A DNA stretch of 64,000 nucleotides from Thermodesulfobacteriota bacterium (GCA_965243595.1 OZ251569.1:1994381-2058380), one strand, 5' to 3'. Shown: positions 37,550 through 46,325, numbered from the stretch's first letter. The notes: a model not told the origin generated them from the letters alone. A program made the numbers and translations.

Positions 37550-38707
37550 TTAACCCCCGTAACGGTTTGCGTATTCTTCAAAGGTGAAGCTTTTCACTTT
37601 TTTCATTTCTCCGCCGTCCTCGACGCAGTAGACGTCGGGAAGATTGATGCCGTTGAACGTGTGCGCCTTGACCAGGGAGTAGCCCCCGACCCTTTCGAAA
37701 AGCACCCTGGAACCCACCCGCAGTTCTTCTCCGAAGCGGTACGCGCCGAAAACATCCCCGGCCAGGCAGCTGCTACCCGCCAGTATGTACTCGTTTTCAC
37801 AAGACGGGTCGTCTCCGAAAACATCGGGCCTGTACTGGTATTCGAAAACTTCGGGGAGATGGTTCACGGTAGTGTCCAGAACGGCTATGTCCTTGCCGTC
37901 CCTTCTGAAAAGGTCGACTACGGAAGAAACCAGGCATCCGCTGTCTCTGACCAGGAAAGCGCCGGGTTCGATCATTATCTCTTCGAAACCGTAATCGTCG
38001 TTGAGTTCGTCCGCGAGCTCGTGGAAAAGAGACAGGTTTTCGGATTCGTCGAAGAAGTAGCCGCCGCCCAGATTGATCCACCTGAACTTCCGGAGTTCGC
38101 CGGAAAGCTCGATCTTCAGTCTGGAGATGGTTTCCGCAAGCTGGGAAAAATCCTTGCTCTCGCAGTTCGTGTGCAGATGTATTCCCTCTATCTTTTCCGA
38201 GAAATCCGGGTCGGAGGAAACTTTGTCCCTGACCTGGTCCGCCGGAACGCCGAGCTTTGAGAACTCGCGGCACGGATTGTACCTGCGGTCCTCGACGAAA
38301 GAAACCCGGGGATTGACTCTTATTCCGTAGCTCTGCTCCCCGAGCCTGGATTCGAAACGGGAAAACTGCTCCAGAGAATTAAACGTCAGGTACTCGACCG
38401 CGCCTGAAATGTCCTCCCATTGCCCGTCCCTGATTCCGGGACTGACGAAGTGAATCTTCTTTCCGCCGCCGCAGGTCTTCTCCGCCAGCCTGGCTTCGAA
38501 AAGAGAGCTTGCGGAAAAACCGTCCAGAGAACCCATCTCCTCGAGAATCCTGCACAGGGGCAACGCCTTTAGCGAATAGAGAACCTTGCAGTTCGACCTG
38601 TCCCTTATCAGGCGAAGGGTCTCCAGTCTTTTTCTTATTTCGCCCAGATTGTAGACGAAGGCGGGCGTTGCGGAAGGCTCGCGATTCAGCGGGAAGGAGC
38701 TTTCCAT
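37550..38707 (-). CDS. nspC: PLP-dependent decarboxylase of the Orn/DAP/Arg decarboxylase fold, carboxynorspermidine-decarboxylase-like
   Basis: 385 aa; PLP-Lys region KVLYSLKALP, GIHLHTNCES (compare HxHT.CE of CANSDC), GGGYFFDE and EPGAFLV. Length and motif order fit NspC better than LysA. The start ATG overlaps the stop of the upstream HNH gene (TGATG). Confidence 0.55.
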   Translation of the reverse strand: MESSFPLNREPSATPAFVYNLGEIRKRLETLRLIRDRSNCKVLYSLKALPLCRILEEMGSLDGFSASSLFEARLAEKTCGGGKKIHFVSPGIRDGQWEDISGAVEYLTFNSLEQFSRFESRLGEQSYGIRVNPRVSFVEDRRYNPCREFSKLGVPADQVRDKVSSDPDFSEKIEGIHLHTNCESKDFSQLAETISRLKIELSGELRKFRWINLGGGYFFDESENLSLFHELADELNDDYGFEEIMIEPGAFLVRDSGCLVSSVVDLFRRDGKDIAVLDTTVNHLPEVFEYQYRPDVFGDDPSCENEYILAGSSCLAGDVFGAYRFGEELRVGSRVLFERVGGYSLVKAHTFNGINLPDVYCVEDGGEMKKVKSFTFEEYANRYGG

Positions 38708-39474
38708 CAGATAAGTCCTTTCTTTCTGAAATAGAATCTGGCGAACCCCGAAAATTCGCTGTGCCGGGAAATGTATTTGCTCAGACGCTTGCTAGCCCTG
38801 CCCTTGTTGTCTTTCAGACCTGCCCAAAGCTCATATTCCTCAAAATTTTCAAGTTTGCTCGCTCTTTCCTGCATCATATATCTATTGTTTATTCCCGTCA
38901 GTTTGCTGACTGTTTTTTGCCCGCGCTCGCATTTTCCAACGGCCTTCACCATCAATTTCTTGGATAGACCGTCTTCTGTACACTCCTCTATATCTTCTTC
39001 AAAAAGATCGTATTCTATAAATTCCTCTGGATTTTCTTCAATAGGGTTGATCAGAATTGGTTTTTCTTTCTCAAGGTCACAATCTTCCGGGTCAAGTCTC
39101 TCTGACCCGGGTTCCAGTGGAAATTTGGCCCCCTTTTTTATGTTGCATGTCTCGCAAGCCAAAAGCAGGTTCTCCCAACTGTAAGCAAGCCACCAGTAAC
39201 CCGGATGGTCTTCGACTTCTTCAACCTTCGTTTTGGGGCGAAAATGCTCTACGTGAGCTTCTCCCATGGGTAATCTCCTCTCGCAGTAACAGCATTTCCC
39301 ATGTTGAGGTTTGTAAAGCAACTCTTTGAACTCCCGCCACAATTTTCCGTTTTTAAAATCATCGGACTTCAATTTTCCACAGCTTGCCAATTCTCTAATT
39401 CTCTGGAGCTCTTTTTTTCTCCTCTCGGCTAAACCGGGATCTTCCGGGATTTCCCTGCACTCAATCTTTATCAT
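38707..39474 (-). CDS. ptuB: HNH endonuclease, Septu PtuB-like (copy 1)
   Basis: 255 aa with a His-Me finger: GKCCYCERRL...AHVEHFRPK...WENLLLACETCNIKKG (CxxC...H-EH...N...CxxC...N). Low GC (about 43%). It sits 3 nt downstream of a P-loop ATPase gene on the same strand. Confidence 0.7.
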   Translation of the reverse strand: MIKIECREIPEDPGLAERRKKELQRIRELASCGKLKSDDFKNGKLWREFKELLYKPQHGKCCYCERRLPMGEAHVEHFRPKTKVEEVEDHPGYWWLAYSWENLLLACETCNIKKGAKFPLEPGSERLDPEDCDLEKEKPILINPIEENPEEFIEYDLFEEDIEECTEDGLSKKLMVKAVGKCERGQKTVSKLTGINNRYMMQERASKLENFEEYELWAGLKDNKGRASKRLSKYISRHSEFSGFARFYFRKKGLI

Positions 39475-39477
39475 AAG

Positions 39478-40764
39478 TTAGGATTCGTCCGTTTGATTCT
39501 TAAGCAGTTCGATTAATTCGGCTCTTTGTATTTTTTCCTGTGCGTTATCCCACATAGGCAGGCCTTTCAGCTCTTCTTCAATTTCCTGGAGAAGTTCCTC
39601 TTCTTCAGGATCTCTTTCGTCCTTTTCCACAAGATATATTTCCGCGTACTCTTCCAGCCTCTTTTCTATGTAGTCGCTCCTTGTATCCGTAAGGCCAAAA
39701 ATCCTTGAGGTTAGTATCTGATCAGACCTGTAGCCTTTAAATTCCTTTCTGATGTCAAATTCCTCGACCTCGCTATGGCCGTTTACATAAGCAACCTTGA
39801 ATAGACGGGATTCGCATTCCACTAGGTCGGTCAGCCCCAAAGCGCATATGGGAGTATGCGTGCTGCATATGAACTGCATTTTCGGAAACTGGTCCGAAAG
39901 AGTTTTTATTATTTTTCTTTGCCACCTCGGGTGAAGATGCTGCTCCAGTTCATCAATGATGAAAATCCCCGAAAGATCCTTCAAGCTGAAATTCTCAAAC
40001 TTATGCACACGATTCCAACCCAGAAAATCCATAACAACAGAGGTCAGCGACTTGTATCCGTCGCTCATTGTGCCGAAGGCACCCTCTCCCCGACTAGTCT
40101 TGAAGTACAGCCCCGTTATTTTCAAAAAAATTTCATCTTCTTCTTCCATCATTAAGATTTTTTTCAAGGCATCCTGAAGGTTTTCCCATTCCTCGCCGGG
40201 GTGGCCTTGAATTCTCCTCGCACACAATTCCGCTTTCTGCAAAGGCCGTTCATATTTAAAAAGCGTGTACAAAGCGTCGACCAAGGTATATTCCTCATGA
40301 GACTCCGTCGTACCCGTCACAGACCTGCCCGCACCGTAAGCCACCGCGAAGATATCCTTTCTTTTCTTGAAATTTTTTATTCTACTCTTACCATTCTTCC
40401 CGTCACATTCACCAACGCAATCACCTTGGAAAACATCCTGATTTGAAATAGATTCTTTGTCGCCCTCCCGTTTTATGCGAGTTCTGATTGTATATTTCTT
40501 GCCGTTGGAATCCCCTAAACAAACCTCAATAGAGCCTTCCTTCTTCTTCCATCTCAAAAATCCATCCAGCTCCGACAGAAGAGAGGCCGCCCAGTCGTCG
40601 TCGCAAAGCCCCATGGCAAGACTTCTGAGAATCGTCGTTTTCCCCTGTCCGTTATCCCCCACAAGAAGAGACCAGTTTCTAGCACCGCCGTCAACAGACT
40701 CGAACGGGATTTCAACTTCCTTGAAACACTTAATGTTTACAAGGCGCAACTTAAGTATTTTCAT
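39478..40764 (-). CDS. ptuA: ABC/RecF-like AAA ATPase (AAA_15/AAA_21-type), Septu PtuA-like (copy 1)
   Basis: Walker A LLVGDNGQGKTTILRSL, Walker B/Q IIDELEQHLHP and H-loop ICSTHTP in a 428-aa protein with a long helical insert. The two-gene ATPase+HNH arrangement matches the Septu (PtuAB) architecture. Confidence 0.7.
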   Translation of the reverse strand: MKILKLRLVNIKCFKEVEIPFESVDGGARNWSLLVGDNGQGKTTILRSLAMGLCDDDWAASLLSELDGFLRWKKKEGSIEVCLGDSNGKKYTIRTRIKREGDKESISNQDVFQGDCVGECDGKNGKSRIKNFKKRKDIFAVAYGAGRSVTGTTESHEEYTLVDALYTLFKYERPLQKAELCARRIQGHPGEEWENLQDALKKILMMEEEDEIFLKITGLYFKTSRGEGAFGTMSDGYKSLTSVVMDFLGWNRVHKFENFSLKDLSGIFIIDELEQHLHPRWQRKIIKTLSDQFPKMQFICSTHTPICALGLTDLVECESRLFKVAYVNGHSEVEEFDIRKEFKGYRSDQILTSRIFGLTDTRSDYIEKRLEEYAEIYLVEKDERDPEEEELLQEIEEELKGLPMWDNAQEKIQRAELIELLKNQTDES

Positions 40765-41250
40765 TATTCGTCAGCCCTCCACCGGCATCACGATCTTTCC
40801 GAAAAACTGAAAAACCAGCAACTCTACTGAAAACCCGCGATGAGAAAAGATAGCAACAACCTCTAGTAACTCCTCGGGAAATTATACAGGAAAAACTCCC
40901 GAGGGCGTAATTCCCCCGCTAGCTTGTCGTCTGGATGTTTCGTCACACAGAAAACAGCATATATGTCGCATCAGGAAGAGAGCTTACCAACAATGATCAC
41001 TTGACTTCCACCTCCAGTCACATGCTTGCTCCACGCAATATTCAAGTCCACGCACTTGCCCTTAATGAAACGAATTTCCGCCTTTCACGTCAGCTTTACA
41101 AGGATGCGGAGTAGAAGTACATTCGCAAGAAACAACGCAACAGAATCTCTACAAGGTCAAAGAATTGAATACGACAATCTCACCCAAATTGTAAACAAAC
41201 GCAGGCAAGACCATAGTTCTCCATCTTAACGAGAAAAAATTTGCCAATTC

Positions 41251-41991
41251 TTAAAAACATCCCATCTTCTTGAAGTAGAATCTCGCGAATCCTGAAAACG
41301 GACTGCAGCTGGAAGTGTATTCATGCAGGCACCTCTCCGCCTCTGCCCTTAATTCATCGCCTTCGCCATTACTCAAGGACAACGCGCACATCCTATAATA
41401 TTTGATTTTCTTTGCCCTCTTGTTCATCACCTGCATGTCGTTTATTCCCGTGAGTTCATCGACCGTTCTTTTGCCTCGCTCGCATTTTCCGACGGCTTTG
41501 CCCATGAACCGCGGATTCTCCGTATCGTAATCTACAAACATCTCAGGGTCTTCTTCCAACGGATTTATCAGAATCGGTTTTTCTTCGTCAAGGGCGGAAT
41601 TTTCCTCGCAAGCTCTTTTCGACCCGGGTTTCAGAGGAAATTTCGATTTCTTGTATTCCTGATTGCATGTCTTGCAGGCTATTAGCAGGTTTTCCCAGCT
41701 ATAGGCAAGCCACCAGTAGCCTGTATGGTCTTCGGCTCCTTCAACTTCGGCCTTGGGTCGAAAATGCTCCACATCGCTTACCCTCTTTTCATCTTGTTTC
41801 CTCTCGCAGTAACAGCACTTGCCGTGTTGGGACCTGTGAAGGAATTTCTTGACCTTACGGTCGGACCATAAGGTCTCAAAGCGGTAAGGCTTCCCCGATT
41901 TTACCGCTTTTCTGATTTTTTGGAGCTCCTTTTCCCTCCTCCCGTCCAGTTTGTTGCCTTTCGGAGGTTTCCCGCGCTCAATCTTTATCAT
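41251..41991 (-). CDS. ptuB: HNH endonuclease, Septu PtuB-like (copy 2, diverged paralogue)
   Basis: 246 aa; GKCCYCERKQ...VEHFRPK...WENLLIACKTCNQEYK, same N- and C-terminal framework (MIKIE..., ...FSGFARFYFKK) as copy 1, but by eye only about 55-60% identical. Confidence 0.7.
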   Translation of the reverse strand: MIKIERGKPPKGNKLDGRREKELQKIRKAVKSGKPYRFETLWSDRKVKKFLHRSQHGKCCYCERKQDEKRVSDVEHFRPKAEVEGAEDHTGYWWLAYSWENLLIACKTCNQEYKKSKFPLKPGSKRACEENSALDEEKPILINPLEEDPEMFVDYDTENPRFMGKAVGKCERGKRTVDELTGINDMQVMNKRAKKIKYYRMCALSLSNGEGDELRAEAERCLHEYTSSCSPFSGFARFYFKKMGCF

Positions 41992-43262
41992 TGATAAGAC
42001 TTCTTCTCCTGCCTCTCAAACAACTCCATCAGCCTGTCCGTCCGTCTTTTGTCTTCTTCGTCATCCCACATAGGCAAGTATTTCAACTCCTCTTCAATTT
42101 CCATGAGACGTCGCTTTTCTTTGGAGTTTCTTTTGTCCTCTTCCTTAAGATATATTTTTCTGTATTCCTTCAGCTTGTCTTGAGCAGAAACGCTTCTCGT
42201 GCTTTCAAGATCAAAGATGTCCGAGGTCAATATCTGGTCGGTTCTGTAACACTTAAATTCCTCTCTCAGGTCAAATTCCTCAACCTCGCTATGATTGTTC
42301 ACATGAGCAACCTTGAAGAGACGGGATTCGCATTCCAGATCGCTGAGGCCCAAGGCGCAGATGGGAGTATGCGTACTGCATATGAACTGCACCTTCGGGA
42401 ACTGGTCCGAAAGGATTTTTACTATCTCTCTTTGCCACTTGGGGTGAAGATGCTGCTCAAGCTCGTCAATAAGGAGAATTCCCGAGATATTCCTCGAACT
42501 GAAATCCTCAAGCCTACGCATCAGATTCCAACACAGGAAGTCCACGACGACAGAGGTCAAGGACTTATATCCGTCGCTCATTGTATCGAAAACACCTTCC
42601 CCGCGACGAGTCTTGAAATACAACCCCGTTATTTCCAGAGAAATTTCATCTTCTTCTTCCATCATCAAGATTTTTTTCAGGGCATTCCACAGGTTTTCCC
42701 GTTCTTCCTCAGAATGGAATTCTATTCTTCTCGCGCCCAGTTCCGCATTCTGCAAGGACTGTTCATATCTAAAAAGAGTGTACAAAGCGTCAACCAGTCT
42801 GTACTCCTCGTAAGATTCCGTGCCCGACACGGACCTGCCCGCACCGTAAGCCACCGCAAAAATCCTGTTCCTCCTAAAATCTTTTGCTTCTTTATGCTTA
42901 CCCTTTTTATTGACGCAATCACCTTGAAAAACATCCTGAGAGATGGATTCGTTGTTGCCCTCCAGTTTTATGCGGGTTCGGACTGTATATTTTTTACCGT
43001 CGGAATCCGCCAGACAGACTTCAATAGACCCCTTGCTCGCACCCCATCCCAAAAATTCTCCGTGCAATTCCGACCGAAGAGCCGCCGCCCAGTCGTCGTC
43101 GCAAAGCCCCATGGCCAAGCTCCTGAGAATCGTCGTTTTCCCCTGTCCGTTATCCCCGACAAAGAGAGACCAGTTTCTGGCACTCCCGTCGACAGACTCA
43201 AATGGAATTTCAATGTCCTTGAAACACTTAATGTTCTCGAGTCTCAGTTTCAGTATCTTCAT
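41988..43262 (-). CDS. ptuA: ABC/RecF-like AAA ATPase, Septu PtuA-like (copy 2)
   Basis: 424 aa. The N-terminal about 70 aa are nearly identical to copy 1 (MKILKLRLENIKCFKDIEIPFESVDGSARNWSLFVGDNGQGKTTILRSLAMGLCDDDWAA). Walker B LIDELEQHLHP and H-loop CSTHTP are present, and the stop overlaps the HNH start (ATGA). Confidence 0.7.
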   Translation of the reverse strand: MKILKLRLENIKCFKDIEIPFESVDGSARNWSLFVGDNGQGKTTILRSLAMGLCDDDWAAALRSELHGEFLGWGASKGSIEVCLADSDGKKYTVRTRIKLEGNNESISQDVFQGDCVNKKGKHKEAKDFRRNRIFAVAYGAGRSVSGTESYEEYRLVDALYTLFRYEQSLQNAELGARRIEFHSEEERENLWNALKKILMMEEEDEISLEITGLYFKTRRGEGVFDTMSDGYKSLTSVVVDFLCWNLMRRLEDFSSRNISGILLIDELEQHLHPKWQREIVKILSDQFPKVQFICSTHTPICALGLSDLECESRLFKVAHVNNHSEVEEFDLREEFKCYRTDQILTSDIFDLESTRSVSAQDKLKEYRKIYLKEEDKRNSKEKRRLMEIEEELKYLPMWDDEEDKRRTDRLMELFERQEKKSYQ

Positions 43263-43582
43263 TTCTCAATCCCCCGCGGTGCCACAACTCACCGCGAACC
43301 GAAAAAATTCCGCATTAATTTTAATCTGGCTACAGAAGTAAAATCGTAAAAATCCCACCCGAGCTAAAGTATACAGAAGCGAAAGAACCGGGCAAGACGC
43401 CGCGGCGGAGACTGCGGATTGAATCGGAAATTTCGGGCACGGTAGCCGGAAATCCATATCGCTGTGGCAATATCGCGCATCAATCGCTTCTCACCGACCG
43501 CCTGTTTGTAGCACGTTGGTTGTCCGGTTTTCGTTCTACCCCCGGCGACCCCGAGGGGCTGCAAACGGAACAAACCGCCGCT

Positions 43583-44155
43583 TCACTCCCCGCGGCCGAC
43601 CTCGAAATCCAGTATCTCGATTTCATACCTGATGCCGAGAATTTTGTTCCCGGACAGGTAAAAAGAGTAGAAGGGAACGGCGTTTCCGGGCTGCACGTCG
43701 AGGTTGGCCGACGCCGGCGCGTCCGCGAAAACCGCCAGGTCGTCCCCGCCCTTCCTTCCGAGTTTTCCTAGCAGGTAATCGACGTCGGCGTTTTTCAGGT
43801 CCCTCGCAGACAGCGTGTTGCCGCAGTAGAGCTCCTGGACTCCCAGACCGCGCCCCGAGACGTGAAAGACGCTTTTCAGCTTCACGTAGCTTACCGGGGC
43901 GTCTCCCTGGTTCATGACCTCGCCTCGCACCAGGAAAAGGTAGCCCTTCTTGGTGCTTATCCACCGGGACTCGGTGTTTCTCACGACAAGCTCGCGGGAA
44001 ACCTCGTCGCTTTTCCAAAACGGCGCGTCCGTGAAAAAGCCGAACCTGAGAAGAACGAAACCGGCCGCGACGACCGCCGCCGCCAAAAACAGCTTGGAGG
44101 GAAACCTTCTCCTTTTCTTCCTGGCTATGCCGTAGAATATCTTTTCCGCGTCCAT
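43583..44155 (-). CDS. hypothetical membrane-anchored protein (N-terminal TM helix plus about 150-aa extracytoplasmic domain; DUF3426-like?)
   Basis: KKRRRFPSKLFLAAAVVAAGFVLLRFGFF forms a signal-anchor followed by a beta-rich domain; the family assignment is tentative and from memory. Confidence 0.45.
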   Translation of the reverse strand: MDAEKIFYGIARKKRRRFPSKLFLAAAVVAAGFVLLRFGFFTDAPFWKSDEVSRELVVRNTESRWISTKKGYLFLVRGEVMNQGDAPVSYVKLKSVFHVSGRGLGVQELYCGNTLSARDLKNADVDYLLGKLGRKGGDDLAVFADAPASANLDVQPGNAVPFYSFYLSGNKILGIRYEIEILDFEVGRGE

Positions 44156-44318
44156 GAAATTTCACCGAAACCCGAAGAAGTCGTGAAAACCGGGATTGTC
44201 CGCCCGCAAACGCGACATCCCCGTTTTCGGACAAGCCGGCCGGTCGGCTGAATTTTACAACGGCGGGCAGTTCCTGTAAATTTATCCAGACGGCGAGAAC
44301 GCCCGAAGGAAAAGTATA

Positions 44319-45155
44319 TTGAAAAGACGGCGGGAAATCATTTCGCGAAGCGTTGTAACGGTTTTTTTCTTCCTCGCGGCCGTGGCGACGGTTCCGGCGT
44401 CCTCGGGCGACGCGCTCGCCCAGAGCGGCCGTTTTTACGTCGGTGCCTCGGCCGATGTCGACTACCTCAGGGTCAAGTACGGAAAAACCGTCGCGAACGC
44501 CGACGTGCCCGCCCTTCCCGAAAGAGGCGAGACGTACCGCGACGGCGACTCCGCGGACAAGGCGGCGTTCGGCGGGGGTCTGCTCGCGGGCTACAGGCTC
44601 GGTTTCGGCGAAGGAGGCGGCTTTTACGTGAGCGCGGAGGTCGACGGGCAGGTCCACGCCCGCTCCGCCAGCGGAGCTTTCGCGGGAAAAGGAGAGTCGC
44701 AGGGACGCAACCAGCTCGGGGAGAGCTGGCCCGACGCGTGGAATCTCAAGAGAAGATACAGCTTCGGGGCGACCGTCAAGCTGGGCGGAGCCGCGGAGTT
44801 TCTGGGTTCCGGTTCCAGCGTCTACGTTCTAGGCGGCGCTCGGCGGCTCAAAACCAGGCTCAGTGTGAACTACTTCGGATGTCTCAATCCTCCGGACACG
44901 AGAGTTCCGTGCCGGACCGATCAGTTCGAGGCGGGCAGCTACTCCCGCGACCGCTCCTTCTGGGGATGGACCGCGGGAGCCGGAATGGAGAAGATGCTCG
45001 CCGACAGGGTCGGAATACGCGGCGAAATTCGCCACACCAGGTACGAGAAGCTGAAACGGACTCCCTTCAGCCTCGTTGACGGAAACCTAAACGTCCGCAC
45101 TTCGCTCGAAGCCAACGAAACCGACTTTTCGCTGAGCGCGGTCGTCTATTTCTAG
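44319..45155 (+). CDS. outer-membrane beta-barrel protein (OMP_b-brl/OmpW-like), copy 1
   Basis: Signal peptide VVTVFFFLAAVATVPASSGDALAQ; alternating amphipathic strands (FYVGASADVDYLRV, GFYVSAEVDG, YSFGATVKLG, VYVLGGARRL, WGWTAGAGME, GIRGEIRHTRYE); terminal beta-signal SAVVYF. Confidence 0.7.
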   Translation: MKRRREIISRSVVTVFFFLAAVATVPASSGDALAQSGRFYVGASADVDYLRVKYGKTVANADVPALPERGETYRDGDSADKAAFGGGLLAGYRLGFGEGGGFYVSAEVDGQVHARSASGAFAGKGESQGRNQLGESWPDAWNLKRRYSFGATVKLGGAAEFLGSGSSVYVLGGARRLKTRLSVNYFGCLNPPDTRVPCRTDQFEAGSYSRDRSFWGWTAGAGMEKMLADRVGIRGEIRHTRYEKLKRTPFSLVDGNLNVRTSLEANETDFSLSAVVYF

Positions 45156-45360
45156 GCCGCTTCGAAAAAACCCGCCGGACGGTCTTTCCCGTCATCTTTC
45201 CCGCGCGGGTCTTTTCGCCTCCGTCTCCTCTGGCCCCGCGTTGAGGGAGACGGAACATTCCGGACAAAAGACGCGGCGATGCCAGACCGCCGAAGTTTAC
45301 AGAGTCCTGCGCGCCGTGTAGATTTGCACGACAGCCGAAAATGCCGGGAGGACGAAAAGC

Positions 45361-46188
45361 ATGAACGAACCGCAGAAACTCATACGCCGAAATCTGAAAA
45401 CGGTTCTTGTATTTTTTCTAGTCGCGGCCGCGGGGCTCGGGTTTGCGACAAGCGACGCATTCGCTCAGGGCGGCGGTTTCTACGTCGGCTTCACGTCCGA
45501 CATCGACTACATCAGAGTCAAGCACAGAAAGTCCACCATAAACAACCCGAACACCGGCGCCCTGCACGAGGGCAAGACCTTCCACGACAGCGATTCGGCA
45601 AGCAGGGTCGCGTTCGGCGGTGGCCTGCTCGCGGGCTACAGGCTGAACCTCGGCGAAACCGGTGCCTTCTACGTGAGCGCGGAGCTCGACGGACAGCTCG
45701 ACGCCCGCTCCGTGAGCGGAACTCTTCCCGGACAGGGAGATACGCCCACCGATCACAGGCAGAGCGGCGCAAGCTGGCCGGACGATTGGAACCTCGAGAG
45801 AAAATACAGCTACGGAGCTACTATCAAGCTGGGCGGCACCGCGGAATTTCTGGGTTCCGGTTCCAGCGTCTACGTTCTAGGCGGCGCGCGCCGGGTCAGA
45901 ACCAGACTCAAGGTGGATTATCTCGGATGCCCCATGTTCGACAAACCGTGCACCAGCAGCGATCAATACAGAGCGGGAAGCTATTCGCAAAACGATTCCC
46001 TGTGGGGATGGACCGCGGGAGCCGGAGTGGAGAAGATGATCGCGGACAGGGTGGGAATACGCGGAGAAATACGCCACACCAGATACGAAAAAGTGAAGCG
46101 GCTCGATGTTCTCAGAACTCTCAGGGTCCCGGCCTCAAACGAGCACAACGAGACAGGCCTTTCGCTGGGTGCAGTGGTATACTTCTGA
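45361..46188 (+). CDS. outer-membrane beta-barrel protein, copy 2 (tandem paralogue)
   Basis: About 65% identical to copy 1 over the full length (…GGGFYVGFTSDIDYIRV…GSGSSVYVLGGARRVRTRL…WGWTAGAGVEKMIADRVGIRGEIRHTRYEK…GAVVYF). Confidence 0.7.
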   Translation: MNEPQKLIRRNLKTVLVFFLVAAAGLGFATSDAFAQGGGFYVGFTSDIDYIRVKHRKSTINNPNTGALHEGKTFHDSDSASRVAFGGGLLAGYRLNLGETGAFYVSAELDGQLDARSVSGTLPGQGDTPTDHRQSGASWPDDWNLERKYSYGATIKLGGTAEFLGSGSSVYVLGGARRVRTRLKVDYLGCPMFDKPCTSSDQYRAGSYSQNDSLWGWTAGAGVEKMIADRVGIRGEIRHTRYEKVKRLDVLRTLRVPASNEHNETGLSLGAVVYF

Positions 46189-46325
46189 GCCGTTCGCAAG
46201 ACCCTTCCCGCAGTTCTTGCAAGGCATCCTTAAATGAAGACGAATAGTTGCGTTCCGCCTGGCGCTTTAGCGAACTGAAAACCTGAATCAGCCCGACAAT
46301 CCGTTGTGAAATCTGTCTTTCTCAA

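Noticed and set aside
38707-43582. A retron (RT plus msr/msd) associated with the Septu-like genes
   Set aside because: No reverse-transcriptase ORF (no YxDD motif) exists in or beside the island. The intergenic spacers show no obvious msr/msd-like inverted-repeat architecture.
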